Positions 9,027 to 19,771 of a DNA stretch of 63,128 bases are shown piece after piece. The translations under genes and the position numbers were made by a program. Position 1 is the stretch's first letter; every line of letters begins with the position of its first letter. The stretch spans positions 1-63,128 of the IMG/VR virus record IMGVR_UViG_3300037346_000608; one strand, given 5' to 3'. The notes under the pieces are model-generated. The model made no database searches, was not told the origin of the DNA, and saw only the letters and a list, made by a program, of their open reading frames with translations. The DNA is from a virus. Lineage: Duplodnaviria; Caudoviricetes.

Positions 9027-9701
9027 TTAATAAAATTTTCTAAGTAATAATACTACATCCATTGCATCTTCAACTGCATTGTGAGTTACGATACCGTCAA
9101 TTCCTGCGCGTTGCTTACATTCAAGCAAACTTGGCACTGATTCATCATTTTTCCAATCAACAAAAAGAATTCCTGGATCAAGGACTCTGCTACGAATTGA
9201 AAAGACTTGTTTCCATCTTGGTAATAACTCTAAGAATTTTTTGTCAAATCCTGCAAAGTTTTTACCTGCACAATTTAGGTAAACCTTTGGCATATTTGAA
9301 GACAATGTGAAATATGGTATATCATCAACTACTTTAATCGTCTTATCTAAAAAATAAGGGTCAGGTGGAACCAAACCGTTCCTATAGCAAAATTGATAAA
9401 GTGCTTCAACAATTTCATCTTCATGATAAAACTTAGCACCAAATCTCAATTCTACATCTTCTTTTAATTCAGGAGTGCGTGCTTCAGAATAATCCTTGAT
9501 TGCCTCTATTAAGTCCTTATTTAAGTTAATAGCAAATATACTTCCATTAATATTTTCTCTCTTAATGACTCCATGAAATCTTGGAAGCTCTTTTACTGGT
9601 AATTTGTTATTAGTGTCTTCAATAACTGCGCCAATACTTAAAATTTGACAAGTTTGTGGATCTAACCCTGTAGTTTCGATATCGATTGAAATATACTTCA
9701 T
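9027..9701 (-). CDS. DEDDh 3'-5' exonuclease
   Basis: SIDIETTG, NFAGFD, HNAVEDA. Confidence 0.85.
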   Translation of the reverse strand: MKYISIDIETTGLDPQTCQILSIGAVIEDTNNKLPVKELPRFHGVIKRENINGSIFAINLNKDLIEAIKDYSEARTPELKEDVELRFGAKFYHEDEIVEALYQFCYRNGLVPPDPYFLDKTIKVVDDIPYFTLSSNMPKVYLNCAGKNFAGFDKKFLELLPRWKQVFSIRSRVLDPGILFVDWKNDESVPSLLECKQRAGIDGIVTHNAVEDAMDVVLLLRKFY

Positions 9702-9716
9702 AATAAATGTTTTTAA

Positions 9717-9742
9717 TTATACATTAAATTTTAAAAAAGTTT
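9717..9742 (-). promoter_or_regulatory. AAAC-N17-TATAA promoter (one of at least 10 copies)
   Basis: Same motif and spacing at 647, 17170, 19249, 28158, 32983, 45752, 49690, 52893, 55121. Confidence 0.7.
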
Positions 9743-9754
9743 AACTTTGTTCAA

Positions 9755-10036
9755 TTAAAACGCTATCCTATCCTTGATAGGATCATCACCGTTTAATACA
9801 CCAGTTAACATAACAATACCTTCCTGGAGATCAGGTTTACCAACACATCTTTTAAGAAAAATATCTTTCATTAAAAGACGACCTGTTCTGCTTGCATTTG
9901 ATCCACGAATTACCCAAGATGACCGTGGTGGAAGTACACGAGTAACGCCGTACCATTCACCATTAGACATAAGTACTAAAACGCCTTCTACTTTTGTTGT
10001 ACTTTTTAATTCTTTTGTTTTTACTACTTGTATCAT
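9755..10036 (-). CDS. hypothetical protein
   Basis: ORF coupled to upstream gene. Confidence 0.55.
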   Translation of the reverse strand: MIQVVKTKELKSTTKVEGVLVLMSNGEWYGVTRVLPPRSSWVIRGSNASRTGRLLMKDIFLKRCVGKPDLQEGIVMLTGVLNGDDPIKDRIAF

Positions 10037-10446
10037 AATTTTTCTTTAATTGTTTTTGCGATGTTACTTATTGAATGCTCAATGTTACTTTTATACTCAT
10101 TCTCCATTTGAAGTCTGCGTTTGTCAACTTCTATTAAAAAAGTTTTAACCATAGAATCTATTGTACGATTACTTAATTTGATAGTATACCCATATACATG
10201 ATTAATTATTGATATCTCAGGATGGTGCTTAGTAATAGTAACAAATATACCAGTCGTAAGTGACTTAATATAGTACTTTTCATTATATGGGTTGGCGTAT
10301 AATTCACTATTATGATCTTTACTTAAAGTAGTAAATATGTAAACTGCAGCACGCTCGGTGTTTGATAGTTGTTCAATATGATTAAATTTTCTTTTAAACC
10401 AAATAGAAATTTTAGTTAAGATTCTTTTACTAAATAGCGTTTTCAT
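10033..10446 (-). CDS. hypothetical protein
   Basis: ORF coupled to uvsE. Confidence 0.6.
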   Translation of the reverse strand: MKTLFSKRILTKISIWFKRKFNHIEQLSNTERAAVYIFTTLSKDHNSELYANPYNEKYYIKSLTTGIFVTITKHHPEISIINHVYGYTIKLSNRTIDSMVKTFLIEVDKRRLQMENEYKSNIEHSISNIAKTIKEKL

Positions 10447-11392
10447 AGGATTCGGTTAAAGGTACATATTCAGTTAATAATGATAAGTGTTTTTCTTTAT
10501 ATTTAATGACAGCCAATTCTTTTGCTTTTGCCTCCACTTCAATATCCACAGATTGACCATAATCATTAATTTTTTCATAAATATAATCAGCGTGAGCGAC
10601 AGCCTTTGCCTCAAAGTTTTCAAAAGTTTTACGACAAGAAGAGTAATGAAACAGTGGTTTTATATTATGATGTCTCCATGTAGTAGCAGCCAATTCAAAT
10701 GCCTCCTGTTCGGTTAGATCACTAGTATTAAATCTGTGGTGGTGATAATCAAATGTAATTGGTACATGTACTTTTGTAAAAATACCATTATAAAGATCTT
10801 TGACAGAATACATACCTGTCTTATCATCATTTTCAACAACCAATCTAGATTGTGCCGATTCTGATAAATTTAGATAGTTACTCGCCCATCTGGATAGAGT
10901 AGCATTCTTGTCACCGTATACACCATTACAATGTATATTGATAGGATAAAAGCGAGATTTAGGTAAACCCATAAGGTCCATTATCTCAGCATGTTGATTA
11001 AGTTCTTTAATTGTTTTCTGTACTAGGATTTCGTTTGGTGAACCTAATACATTAAACGGTCCTGGGTGAAATGATATGCGTTGTCCATATTTTAGTGCAA
11101 GATTACCAGCGCCTAATAGTAGTGTACGTATTTTGTGGTAGTCTGGTAAATCTTTGAATTCATATTCGCTCATCCAAGGTATCATATCAGATGACATGCG
11201 GTATACCTTAAAACCGTTCTGTTCATTCCATTTAATAATCTCAATAAGATTACGTGCATTGATGAGTGTAAGCTGACTTACATAAGCCAAACCGCGCTCA
11301 TCGAATGTTCTGCGTATGCAACTGTTGTTAACCGATATTTTTTTCGGTCGCAAACTCATATTAATACAGCAGTACCCTAGATTTGTGTCCAT
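10430..11392 (-). CDS. uvsE: UV damage endonuclease
   Basis: LGYCC, RMSSD, HPG.F.VL.SP, ENDDK, FDYHH, HADY, EAKAKE. Confidence 0.93.
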   Translation of the reverse strand: MDTNLGYCCINMSLRPKKISVNNSCIRRTFDERGLAYVSQLTLINARNLIEIIKWNEQNGFKVYRMSSDMIPWMSEYEFKDLPDYHKIRTLLLGAGNLALKYGQRISFHPGPFNVLGSPNEILVQKTIKELNQHAEIMDLMGLPKSRFYPINIHCNGVYGDKNATLSRWASNYLNLSESAQSRLVVENDDKTGMYSVKDLYNGIFTKVHVPITFDYHHHRFNTSDLTEQEAFELAATTWRHHNIKPLFHYSSCRKTFENFEAKAVAHADYIYEKINDYGQSVDIEVEAKAKELAVIKYKEKHLSLLTEYVPLTESYENAI

Positions 11393-11554
11393 ATAAAATT
11401 TATTTTAATAAAATATAAACTATAATAGACATTTCTGAAAGACTTTAAAAAATAAGTTTAAAAATAAAACTCCAAATTAATATTGAAGTAACAAAGAGAC
11501 CAAGCCAAACCCAGCCTTTTAATGAAATTCCTAAAAAACCATTTCTTTTCATAA

Positions 11555-12811
11555 TTATAAATTAAGTAATATTTCACCAGGATATTGTTTTCTATCATTG
11601 CCCTTAATTGCTCTTAACCAAGCACGAGTAACATAAATATCATTATCTGCAAAGAACTGATTAGGATATGCAGTTTGAAGATCTCTTGCTTGGAATTTAA
11701 TATCAGTATTGTAAATATAATCCATTTGTTGTTGTCTCGTATAGTACCAAAAATTATTTTGATTCCAGAAACTTACATGTGTTGGGTCTTGCCAAGCACC
11801 TCGGCCATCAGTTGATGGAACTTCGATAAATGCCCACCCACCATCAGCAAGAACTCTATGAAGTTCAGACATAGTATGATGTTTATCGGTTAGGTGTTCA
11901 ATAACATGAGATGCATGAATAACACCAACCTCACCATCTTTGAATGGCCATTTTTTGTTAAGATCTGCTGTGATGTCACCATTGGTAATATCAACCGATT
12001 CGTATCCTGCCTTTGGAAATAAACCTCCACCGATATCAAGTTTTCTTAACCCTTTAAGATCTGCATCACGCTCAGCTAAAGCCTGTTGCCATACATTAAA
12101 CATTTCCCATGTTCCTTTTTGAATTGCATCATTTCTTTCAATCCAAGTATTATCGCCATGAACTCTATATATGTAAAGAACCTTTGGTATATGTTTAAAC
12201 TTAGTAACTAAGTAAGTTCTTATCATTAAATCCTGGTCATCCAAAACAGAAAGATTAACATCATGACCACCTACTTGATGATATACGGTGGATCTCCAAC
12301 TTCTAACATGATCAGGTGCATAGTAAATCATACCTATTGCTGCTGCACTTGGTGGAAATGAATGATGCGCCAATAGTTTTTTACCTTGCCATTCAATCCA
12401 CTCCCAGGTCCACCCGCCACTGGCGTTGAAAGGTTGGGGGTTATCACCTAATATAGCGTCATCACTATATACAAATCCTATCTCTGTATCTTCATACCCT
12501 TTTACTAATTCATCTAAACAAGTTTCAATTAAAATATCATCATGATCTACTTCAACTAAAATATCCCCAGACCCTAAATGGAATGCTTTATTTTTTTGAT
12601 ATCCTACATTTGGACTCAATTCACACTGTTCATCTTTATAAATTTTAACTTTAATATCAGACTTAATTTCTAATGGAATATCGTCAAGGGTAATTTTACC
12701 GTTAAGATATAAAATCCATTCCCAGTTAGAATAAGTTTGTGCCTTTATGGATTCATAAAGTTCTAGGATATAAGTTGGTTTGTGGGTTGGTGTAATTAAA
12801 CTAAATTTCAT
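11555..12811 (-). CDS. GT2 glycosyltransferase fused to SAM-dependent methyltransferase-like domain
   Basis: SLITPT, DHDD, DDQDL; C-terminal LDIGGG, SHVIEH, DPTH. Confidence 0.85.
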   Translation of the reverse strand: MKFSLITPTHKPTYILELYESIKAQTYSNWEWILYLNGKITLDDIPLEIKSDIKVKIYKDEQCELSPNVGYQKNKAFHLGSGDILVEVDHDDILIETCLDELVKGYEDTEIGFVYSDDAILGDNPQPFNASGGWTWEWIEWQGKKLLAHHSFPPSAAAIGMIYYAPDHVRSWRSTVYHQVGGHDVNLSVLDDQDLMIRTYLVTKFKHIPKVLYIYRVHGDNTWIERNDAIQKGTWEMFNVWQQALAERDADLKGLRKLDIGGGLFPKAGYESVDITNGDITADLNKKWPFKDGEVGVIHASHVIEHLTDKHHTMSELHRVLADGGWAFIEVPSTDGRGAWQDPTHVSFWNQNNFWYYTRQQQMDYIYNTDIKFQARDLQTAYPNQFFADNDIYVTRAWLRAIKGNDRKQYPGEILLNL

Positions 12812-12823
12812 ATTTTTATTTTA

Positions 12824-13801
12824 TTAGTATGCGTCAAAAAAGAACATGTGGAATAATCTACCATTATCCTTTGATTTACCGAAGTATGTTGTTGCTGAAT
12901 GTATTAATTTTGCATCCCACATTGCAAAACGATTAAATTTATTACCTATTCTATCTATCTCTTCCCATTTTGTACCATCAAGAAAATCATCATGTTCAGA
13001 ACCAATAACCCTATCATTAAATTCTTGCATCTGAATAGCACTATCCCAGCCTGCATATTCAACTGGGTCTTTCATTAACCAAGTTTCTTTTTTATGTCTA
13101 TAAAAAGATGTACCTGATTCTGGTGGTGGATTCGGGGTTAAGAAAACAACAGCTGCGTATTTTTGAGAGTCATAATGATATACAATAGGATCTGCTGATG
13201 TACAGTATTGAAAAACACCATTATGTGGTTGAGAACTCCAATCGCGAATCTTCTTTCCTAAAAGCTGTTCAATCTTTTCACGAGTTCCATCAATAATGTG
13301 TTTAAACTCAGTTCTTTTACCTTTATGATATTGGCTATTATTAAACCCAAGAGTTAGTGCTAGTTCTCGAACAGCCATAGGATCTGTGTAAAAATCATCA
13401 ATTGCTAAAACAGCAGGTGTTGCACTCATATTTACCTCAGATACTGGTTGATCAACCACTAAACGATTTTTCATAATAGTTATAGTCTCACATAGAGACC
13501 ATTCATTACCCATCTTAATTTCAAATTGAATATTATCATTAGGCATATCAGGTTTAAAATAAAGTTCAAAACCAGAATATCCAGATAGAGGTTTAAATTC
13601 AGTATACACATTAGCAACATCATTACGTAAAATAGGAAAATTAATTTTACTCTTAATCTCTTTATTACCAACAGATATTCTAATATCATCTATCTTTGAT
13701 ACTTTATCAAAAACCCAGCCTTTAAGCAAATAAGATTCGGATGAATGATATTCATTTTCATCTAGATAAAATTTTACTGACGGGATAACAGACGTATGCA
13801 T
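12824..13801 (-). CDS. 2OG-Fe(II) oxygenase-like protein (DUF6445-like) with N-terminal beta domain
   Basis: IDDFY.DP..VR, HYD, GTSFY, NR...HS...RL..FF. Confidence 0.75.
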   Translation of the reverse strand: MHTSVIPSVKFYLDENEYHSSESYLLKGWVFDKVSKIDDIRISVGNKEIKSKINFPILRNDVANVYTEFKPLSGYSGFELYFKPDMPNDNIQFEIKMGNEWSLCETITIMKNRLVVDQPVSEVNMSATPAVLAIDDFYTDPMAVRELALTLGFNNSQYHKGKRTEFKHIIDGTREKIEQLLGKKIRDWSSQPHNGVFQYCTSADPIVYHYDSQKYAAVVFLTPNPPPESGTSFYRHKKETWLMKDPVEYAGWDSAIQMQEFNDRVIGSEHDDFLDGTKWEEIDRIGNKFNRFAMWDAKLIHSATTYFGKSKDNGRLFHMFFFDAY

Positions 13802-14036
13802 GCTTTTTATTTTTATATGTTATTTTTCACAAAGGTATTTGTCTACCAAATCAATTTTGCTTATCATCTTTCTTTTTTAATAACAGGAGCAAATGCTTTT
13901 AAACTATCAGAGAAAACCTTTCTATTCTCAGTATACATTGCTTTAATCTCATCTTCTACCATTCTTTCGTTTACCAATTTAGCAACCGATGTTCTAAATT
14001 TATCATAGATAACATGTTATACTCTAAACTGAAATA

Positions 14037-15884
14037 TTATAGTTGGCCATTTCTAACAATTAAGATATGCCCAATACACACCACATCAAGATTACATTTC
14101 CAAAATGTAGTAATTGCATCCAATGGTGTTTCTACGACAGGTTCATGTGAACCATTAAATGAAGTGTTAAGTATTACAGGTACACCAGTCCATTTATCAA
14201 ACTCAGATATAAGCTTATGATAAAATGGATTATTTTCTAGGTTAACGCTTTGTATTCTTGCTGTATTATCAACATGTACAACTGCTGGTATTTTTTTTCT
14301 CCACTCTTCTTTAACATTACAAGTGACCAACATATAAGGTGAAAATACATCTATATCAAATATTTCATTTGCTCTTTCATCTAACACAGAAGGTGCAAAC
14401 GGTCTGTACCACTCCCTGTTCTTTATATGATGATTAATATAATTTTGCATCCACGGGTAAATTGGAGAAGCAAGAATGGAACGGTTACCTAATGCACGAG
14501 GACCAATTTCAGATCCATCTCTGTGCATACCAATTACTTTATTACCGTTAAGTAAATATACCAAATGATTTATTAAACCGTCCTCATTATTTGAATAATC
14601 AAACCAAGTAGTGCTTTCTTTAATACCTGGTATTGTTTTTTGTGCTGTTTGTAATGCCTTCTTTATTTCATTCTTAGTGTAGTTTTTACCTACATACGGA
14701 GATAATGTATAATTTTCTTTGATTTCTTCAATTTGCTGATATGCAAACCATGCACAACCTAATGGTATTCCACTATCATCGGCAGCAGGAATAAAATAAC
14801 AATTATCAAATTCACCGCTATTAATAATGATCTCATTTGAATTACAGTTTAGAAATGATCCACCGGCCAAACATATATTTTTAGATTTTGTTAACTTCTT
14901 TGCTCTCTTGGCAACAGTTAGTGCCATTCTCTCCTGCTCACGTTGAAATATTGCAGCAATATTAGCTTTATCCATAAAAGAAGAATCTACATTGATATGA
15001 GAATACGCATCATAAATTTCAGTTGGATTGTTTGTAAATGTATGTTCAGTATCATCATATTTACATAAGTGTGGCTGTGTTTCAACCCATTGTTTATTAC
15101 CAAATGAAGCTAATCCCATCAGCTTACCTGCACCTGCAGCTGGCCAATTATTATTAGGATCTTTTTCATTATACTTATAAATAAGACGCATAGTAGCAAA
15201 AGCATACATATGACCCATATTAAACGAATAAGGCGCGCCTGTCCATTCATAGACCGGTGGTGGATCTACTATAAAATGTTTTTCATATTCTTTATAATCT
15301 TTAAGTGTAAAATGATAAATACTCGTACCCTCTGCCCAGCATGAAGTTTTATCAGGTCTTTGATTAGTCATAGATGGGTTGTTTTTAACAAAACCTTCAT
15401 ATGCAGAATTTGTTGGACTTATAATATTCCCATTTGCATCACCAACAACAACAGCAGCTTCAGTTAAACCAGAACTAAAAAAAGTTGAATATGCATGTGC
15501 TAAATGATGATTAACAAAAACAAGTTTTTCTAAAGGTTGGTTTAAATAAAATTGAAAATCAAATTTTATAGTGTCTTCAACACCTTCTCCATTTTCAGCT
15601 GTATTCCAGCCGTAAAGCTCTACATCATCATATGTTAAGTTTGCATAATCTAAACAGTAATTTATTGAATCTAATGGTATGTTACTGTCAAACACTTTAT
15701 CATGCTTTAACCTAGATAATCTTTCTTCACTAATACCAACAATAACTTTACCATTGATAATAAGAACAGCTCCTTTATCATGACCTACTGAAAAACCTAA
15801 TGTTACTTTCTTATTGCTAGTAACATATGCTACACCGGTGTCCATATTCCAAAATGCAGTATTATTGCCTTTCTTTTCTTCCAT
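14037..15884 (-). CDS. carbamoyltransferase (NodU/CmcH/TobZ family)
   Basis: GHD, EERLSR.KH, HHLAHA, GKLMGLA, GPRALGNRS, RPFAP, NTSFN. Confidence 0.93.
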   Translation of the reverse strand: MEEKKGNNTAFWNMDTGVAYVTSNKKVTLGFSVGHDKGAVLIINGKVIVGISEERLSRLKHDKVFDSNIPLDSINYCLDYANLTYDDVELYGWNTAENGEGVEDTIKFDFQFYLNQPLEKLVFVNHHLAHAYSTFFSSGLTEAAVVVGDANGNIISPTNSAYEGFVKNNPSMTNQRPDKTSCWAEGTSIYHFTLKDYKEYEKHFIVDPPPVYEWTGAPYSFNMGHMYAFATMRLIYKYNEKDPNNNWPAAGAGKLMGLASFGNKQWVETQPHLCKYDDTEHTFTNNPTEIYDAYSHINVDSSFMDKANIAAIFQREQERMALTVAKRAKKLTKSKNICLAGGSFLNCNSNEIIINSGEFDNCYFIPAADDSGIPLGCAWFAYQQIEEIKENYTLSPYVGKNYTKNEIKKALQTAQKTIPGIKESTTWFDYSNNEDGLINHLVYLLNGNKVIGMHRDGSEIGPRALGNRSILASPIYPWMQNYINHHIKNREWYRPFAPSVLDERANEIFDIDVFSPYMLVTCNVKEEWRKKIPAVVHVDNTARIQSVNLENNPFYHKLISEFDKWTGVPVILNTSFNGSHEPVVETPLDAITTFWKCNLDVVCIGHILIVRNGQL

Positions 15885-15916
15885 TTTTTAAAATTTTCTA
15901 AATTTAATTTCTCCTA

Positions 15917-16099
15917 TTATTGGTATGCTTCTGCTAAAATCATGCTAGCAGACTCAATCTTTGTTGCAAATTCTTTCTCCAGTTTAAATACAGGATGTTG
16001 GATTAAATGTTTATCTATAATATCAATAATCATATAAGTACGATCCATCGCTTCATGGTAATCGTGGTCATCTAGTAATTTACTTAAATCTTCACTCAT
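15917..16099 (-). CDS. hypothetical protein
   Basis: HEAMDR..HLIQHP pattern; possibly C-truncated. Confidence 0.55.
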   Translation of the reverse strand: MSEDLSKLLDDHDYHEAMDRTYMIIDIIDKHLIQHPVFKLEKEFATKIESASMILAEAYQ

Positions 16100-16102
16100 A
16101 TA

Positions 16103-17161
16103 TTACATGTATAATAAGTGTGGTTTAGCTTCATTAATACCAGATGTGGTAACAATAATATAATTAGGATGATAATGATCTAATGAATCAGCACCAGCAT
16201 ATGATAGTGCAGATTTTACTCCATCAATTAAACCGCTTAATATATTTTTTACACTACCTTTGTATAAAATCATCATAGATTCACCTTCAATATTTATTCC
16301 TTCTTGGCCATGTGCTGTTTTAGTTTCAAGAGAAGCAGATCCTCTATATTTTTTATATAGCCCTTTCCTAGTATCAATGATATCGCCTGGTGATTCATCA
16401 GTTCCAGCAATAAGAGATCCTATCATAATGTTAGATGCACCAACCGCTAATGCTTTTGCAATATCTCCACTACTACGGATTCCACCATCTGCCATAACAG
16501 GTACTTCAGCAACTTTCATAATATCTTCAATGCATGTTATATTAGGAACACCAAATCCAGTTTTAATCCGGGTGGTACAAAGTGAACCTCCGCCAACACC
16601 AACACGTAAACCATCTGCACCCGCAGCTTGAAGTCTTTCAGCTGCTTCCGCTGTAGCAATATTTCCAGCAATGATATCTACATGAGATGGTAAATTTTCT
16701 TTACACCAAACGATCATATCAATTACATTTTGATGATCACCATGAGCTACATCAATAAGAAGTACATTTGCTCCTGCTTTAACTAAAAGCTTTGCGCGTT
16801 CTTGGTCAGATTCATTAACACCAATTGCAGCCATGATAGGAATATTATCTTCTATTTCCCAGTCGTACCAAAGATGACCTTCACCGTTTTCTCCATATAT
16901 TCTATATCGTAAATCTTTAACAATGTTTGCCTGTTCTTCTGGGGTATTAAATCTATGAATACATCCAACACCACCAATTTGGAATAATCTAAGAGCCATA
17001 TCAGTTTCACAAACAGTATCCATAGGAGATCCTACTATAGGAATAAGTAAGTTATAATTTTGACTAAGCTTTGTTCTTAATGAAATAGTAGTACGAGATT
17101 TAATAGAAGAAAATTTAGGAACTAATTGAATGTCATCATATGTTAATGCAGTCTTATTCAT
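16103..17161 (-). CDS. IMP dehydrogenase / GMP reductase family (no CBS domain)
   Basis: SPMDTV, DVAHG, GGGSLCTTR, ADGGI, YRGSAS. Confidence 0.9.
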   Translation of the reverse strand: MNKTALTYDDIQLVPKFSSIKSRTTISLRTKLSQNYNLLIPIVGSPMDTVCETDMALRLFQIGGVGCIHRFNTPEEQANIVKDLRYRIYGENGEGHLWYDWEIEDNIPIMAAIGVNESDQERAKLLVKAGANVLLIDVAHGDHQNVIDMIVWCKENLPSHVDIIAGNIATAEAAERLQAAGADGLRVGVGGGSLCTTRIKTGFGVPNITCIEDIMKVAEVPVMADGGIRSSGDIAKALAVGASNIMIGSLIAGTDESPGDIIDTRKGLYKKYRGSASLETKTAHGQEGINIEGESMMILYKGSVKNILSGLIDGVKSALSYAGADSLDHYHPNYIIVTTSGINEAKPHLLYM

Positions 17162-17193
17162 TTTTATTTTTATATGTAAAAAGTTATAAAAGT

Positions 17194-19221
17194 TTATTGT
17201 ACATCTATTTTAATCAAACCCTTAGTAGCAGATACCTTAATCATGTTACCTTGTAAAATTTTACCTTTAAGAATCATTTCAGCAATTGGATTTTCAACCA
17301 ATCTCTCCAGTGCTCTTCTTAAAGGTCTTGCCCCAAACTTAGAGTCATACCCTTGTTCAATAATTAAATCCTTTGCTGATTTTGCAATCTTAAATCCATA
17401 TTCATTTACTTCAAAAAGATTATCAGCAAGATCATCACATTCATTATCTAAGATTTTCATAATATCATCTTTATTTAATTTATTAAAGACAATAATTTCA
17501 TCTATTCTATTTAAAAACTCTGGTGAAAATTTACGATTAAGTGCTTTCATTAAAATTTCTTTTTCAGCATCTTCTCTTCTTGCTAAAGTATCGTCTGTTT
17601 TAAATCCAACGCCCGTACCAAAATCATTAACTTGTCTTGCGCCTGTGTTTGATGTTAGGATAACTAAACAATTTCTAAAATCAATAGTTCTTCCTAATGA
17701 ATCGGTAAGATACCCGTCGTCTAACATTTGAAGTAATACATTAAAGATGTCTGGATGAGCTTTTTCTACTTCATCAAATAATACCACAGAATGTGGTTTT
17801 CTCTTAACCTGCTCTGTTAGAAACCCACCAGATTCATGACCAATATAACCAGGAGGAGATCCAATTAATTTAGAAATAGAATGAGGTTCCATATACTCAG
17901 ACATATCAACCCTAATAAGATTATCACTAGAGTTAAACATATATTCTGCTATACTTTTAGCTAGGAATGTCTTACCAGTTCCAGTAGGACCTAAGAAAAT
18001 AAAGTTACCAGCAGTGCGATCACGCTTTCTGATACCTATTCTATTTCTCTGAATTGTAACTGATACTTTATCAATAGCTTCTTTTTGTCCAATTACACAA
18101 GATGATAAGTGTTCATTAATCCCTAATAAATTTTTGTTTTCCTTATCAGTTATTCTTTCAATAGGAATACCAGTTGACTTAGAAACAACCTTAAGTACAT
18201 CATCTTCAGTAACTTCCATTTTATGTTCAGCTATAGACTGTTTCCATGCTGCATATTCTGTTTCAATTTTAGTTTTAATCAAAGTACATATGTCACGTTC
18301 CCTAGCAGCTAATTCATAATCCTGTTTTAATACAGATGCCTTTTTTGATTTTTCTATCTTTGTTAATTTTTCTTCTAATGATTTAATCTTATTAGGAACT
18401 TTCATATCAATAAGATGCTTATATGATCCAACTTCATCTAAAATATCAACTGCCTTATCTGGAAAATAGCGGTCTATGATATAATTGTCAGCTAGTTTTA
18501 CAATTAAAGAAATAATACTATCAGAATAAGAAACACTATGGTATGATTCATATTTATGACGTATGTTTAATAAAATAGTTTCAGTTTCTTCTAATGATGG
18601 TGGTTCAACTATGACCTTTTGAAAACGGCGATCTAATGCACCATCATCTTCAATGTTTTCCCTAAACTCATCAAATGTAGTTGCACCAATACAACGAATA
18701 TCACCTCTTGCTAATGCAGGTTTAATAATATTAGATGCATCAAGCGATCCTGAACTTCCACCAGCCCCAACTAGTGTATGTATTTCATCAATAAAAATAA
18801 TTATATGTGGATTAGCAATAAGTTCTTCGACTATTGCTTTCATACGCTCCTCAAACTGACCTCTATATTTTGTGCCTGCTACGATTGTGCTAAGTTCAAG
18901 AGTATAAATTGTTTTTCCTTGTAGAGACGAAGGTACATTGCCCTCAAGCATTCTTAATGCTAATCCTTCGATAATAGCAGTTTTCCCAACACCAGGTTCT
19001 CCAACTAAAACTGGGTTATTCTTTTTTCTACGTCCTAAGATTTGAACAACTCTAAGAATTTCATCTTCTCTCCCTACAACAGGATCAAGCTTGCCTTCAG
19101 CTGCAAGTTTACTAAGGTTTGTACCGTAAGTGTCTAATACAACTGATGAAGGTTTCTTAGGACCTTTATTACTGTTTTTGTTAAATTGTGGTGATTCTTC
19201 TTCTGGATAAATTTCTCCCAT
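17194..19221 (-). CDS. clpC: ClpC-like AAA+ unfoldase lacking N-terminal Clp domain
   Basis: GEPGVGKT and GPTGTGKT Walker A, DMSEY, GARPL; UVR-type M domain; GVGF loop. Confidence 0.88.
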   Translation of the reverse strand: MGEIYPEEESPQFNKNSNKGPKKPSSVVLDTYGTNLSKLAAEGKLDPVVGREDEILRVVQILGRRKKNNPVLVGEPGVGKTAIIEGLALRMLEGNVPSSLQGKTIYTLELSTIVAGTKYRGQFEERMKAIVEELIANPHIIIFIDEIHTLVGAGGSSGSLDASNIIKPALARGDIRCIGATTFDEFRENIEDDGALDRRFQKVIVEPPSLEETETILLNIRHKYESYHSVSYSDSIISLIVKLADNYIIDRYFPDKAVDILDEVGSYKHLIDMKVPNKIKSLEEKLTKIEKSKKASVLKQDYELAARERDICTLIKTKIETEYAAWKQSIAEHKMEVTEDDVLKVVSKSTGIPIERITDKENKNLLGINEHLSSCVIGQKEAIDKVSVTIQRNRIGIRKRDRTAGNFIFLGPTGTGKTFLAKSIAEYMFNSSDNLIRVDMSEYMEPHSISKLIGSPPGYIGHESGGFLTEQVKRKPHSVVLFDEVEKAHPDIFNVLLQMLDDGYLTDSLGRTIDFRNCLVILTSNTGARQVNDFGTGVGFKTDDTLARREDAEKEILMKALNRKFSPEFLNRIDEIIVFNKLNKDDIMKILDNECDDLADNLFEVNEYGFKIAKSAKDLIIEQGYDSKFGARPLRRALERLVENPIAEMILKGKILQGNMIKVSATKGLIKIDVQ

Positions 19222-19272
19222 ATTATTAAGTGTATAAGTGTATAATAATTATACCTAAAAAACTTAAAAAGT

Positions 19273-19611
19273 TTAAGATTTAATACGAAAAGATATAGGG
19301 GAAGTGCCTTTAATAATTCTATGAATTAATCCCTTAGGAATAAAAATGATTTTTCCAGGTTCCACTGATTGTGGTAATTCATTATCAAACTGAAAAGACC
19401 AATCATTTTTGGTTATAGATTCTACCCAACGGTCTTCTTCATCCCAATGCCATTTAAAAAGATGAGGTTCGGCAAGTGGATCAAAGTGTCTTATTTTTTC
19501 GGTATCACTAATAATGTCTTCTGTGTAAGGTTTTTGTTGATCATCCATTTGTTGAATAATTTCATCGGTAATAGACTTACCACACTTACAAGTTTTGCAT
19601 TTACAGTCCAT
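19273..19611 (-). CDS. cupin-like phage protein
   Basis: WHWDEEDR...W.FQFDNELP...IPKG.IHRIIKG. Confidence 0.7.
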   Translation of the reverse strand: MDCKCKTCKCGKSITDEIIQQMDDQQKPYTEDIISDTEKIRHFDPLAEPHLFKWHWDEEDRWVESITKNDWSFQFDNELPQSVEPGKIIFIPKGLIHRIIKGTSPISFRIKS

Positions 19612-19756
19612 TATTTTTAGATTTAAGTTTGTCTAATACGTAAGTGGTAAATAAGTGTGGAAACCAAGCATGAATGAAAAGGGCAATAGACATTTTCATA
19701 GCATCTAACCAGTGTTTCCAGTAACTCATTTTTATTTCATTTAAATGTTTAAACAT
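19601..19756 (-). CDS. 51-aa DUF6356-like protein (absent from track)
   Basis: Manual translation MFKHLNEIKMSYWKHW...IHAWFPHLFTT. Confidence 0.55.
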   Translation of the reverse strand: MFKHLNEIKMSYWKHWLDAMKMSIALFIHAWFPHLFTTYVLDKLKSKNNGL

Positions 19757-19771
19757 TATATTGTAATTTGA

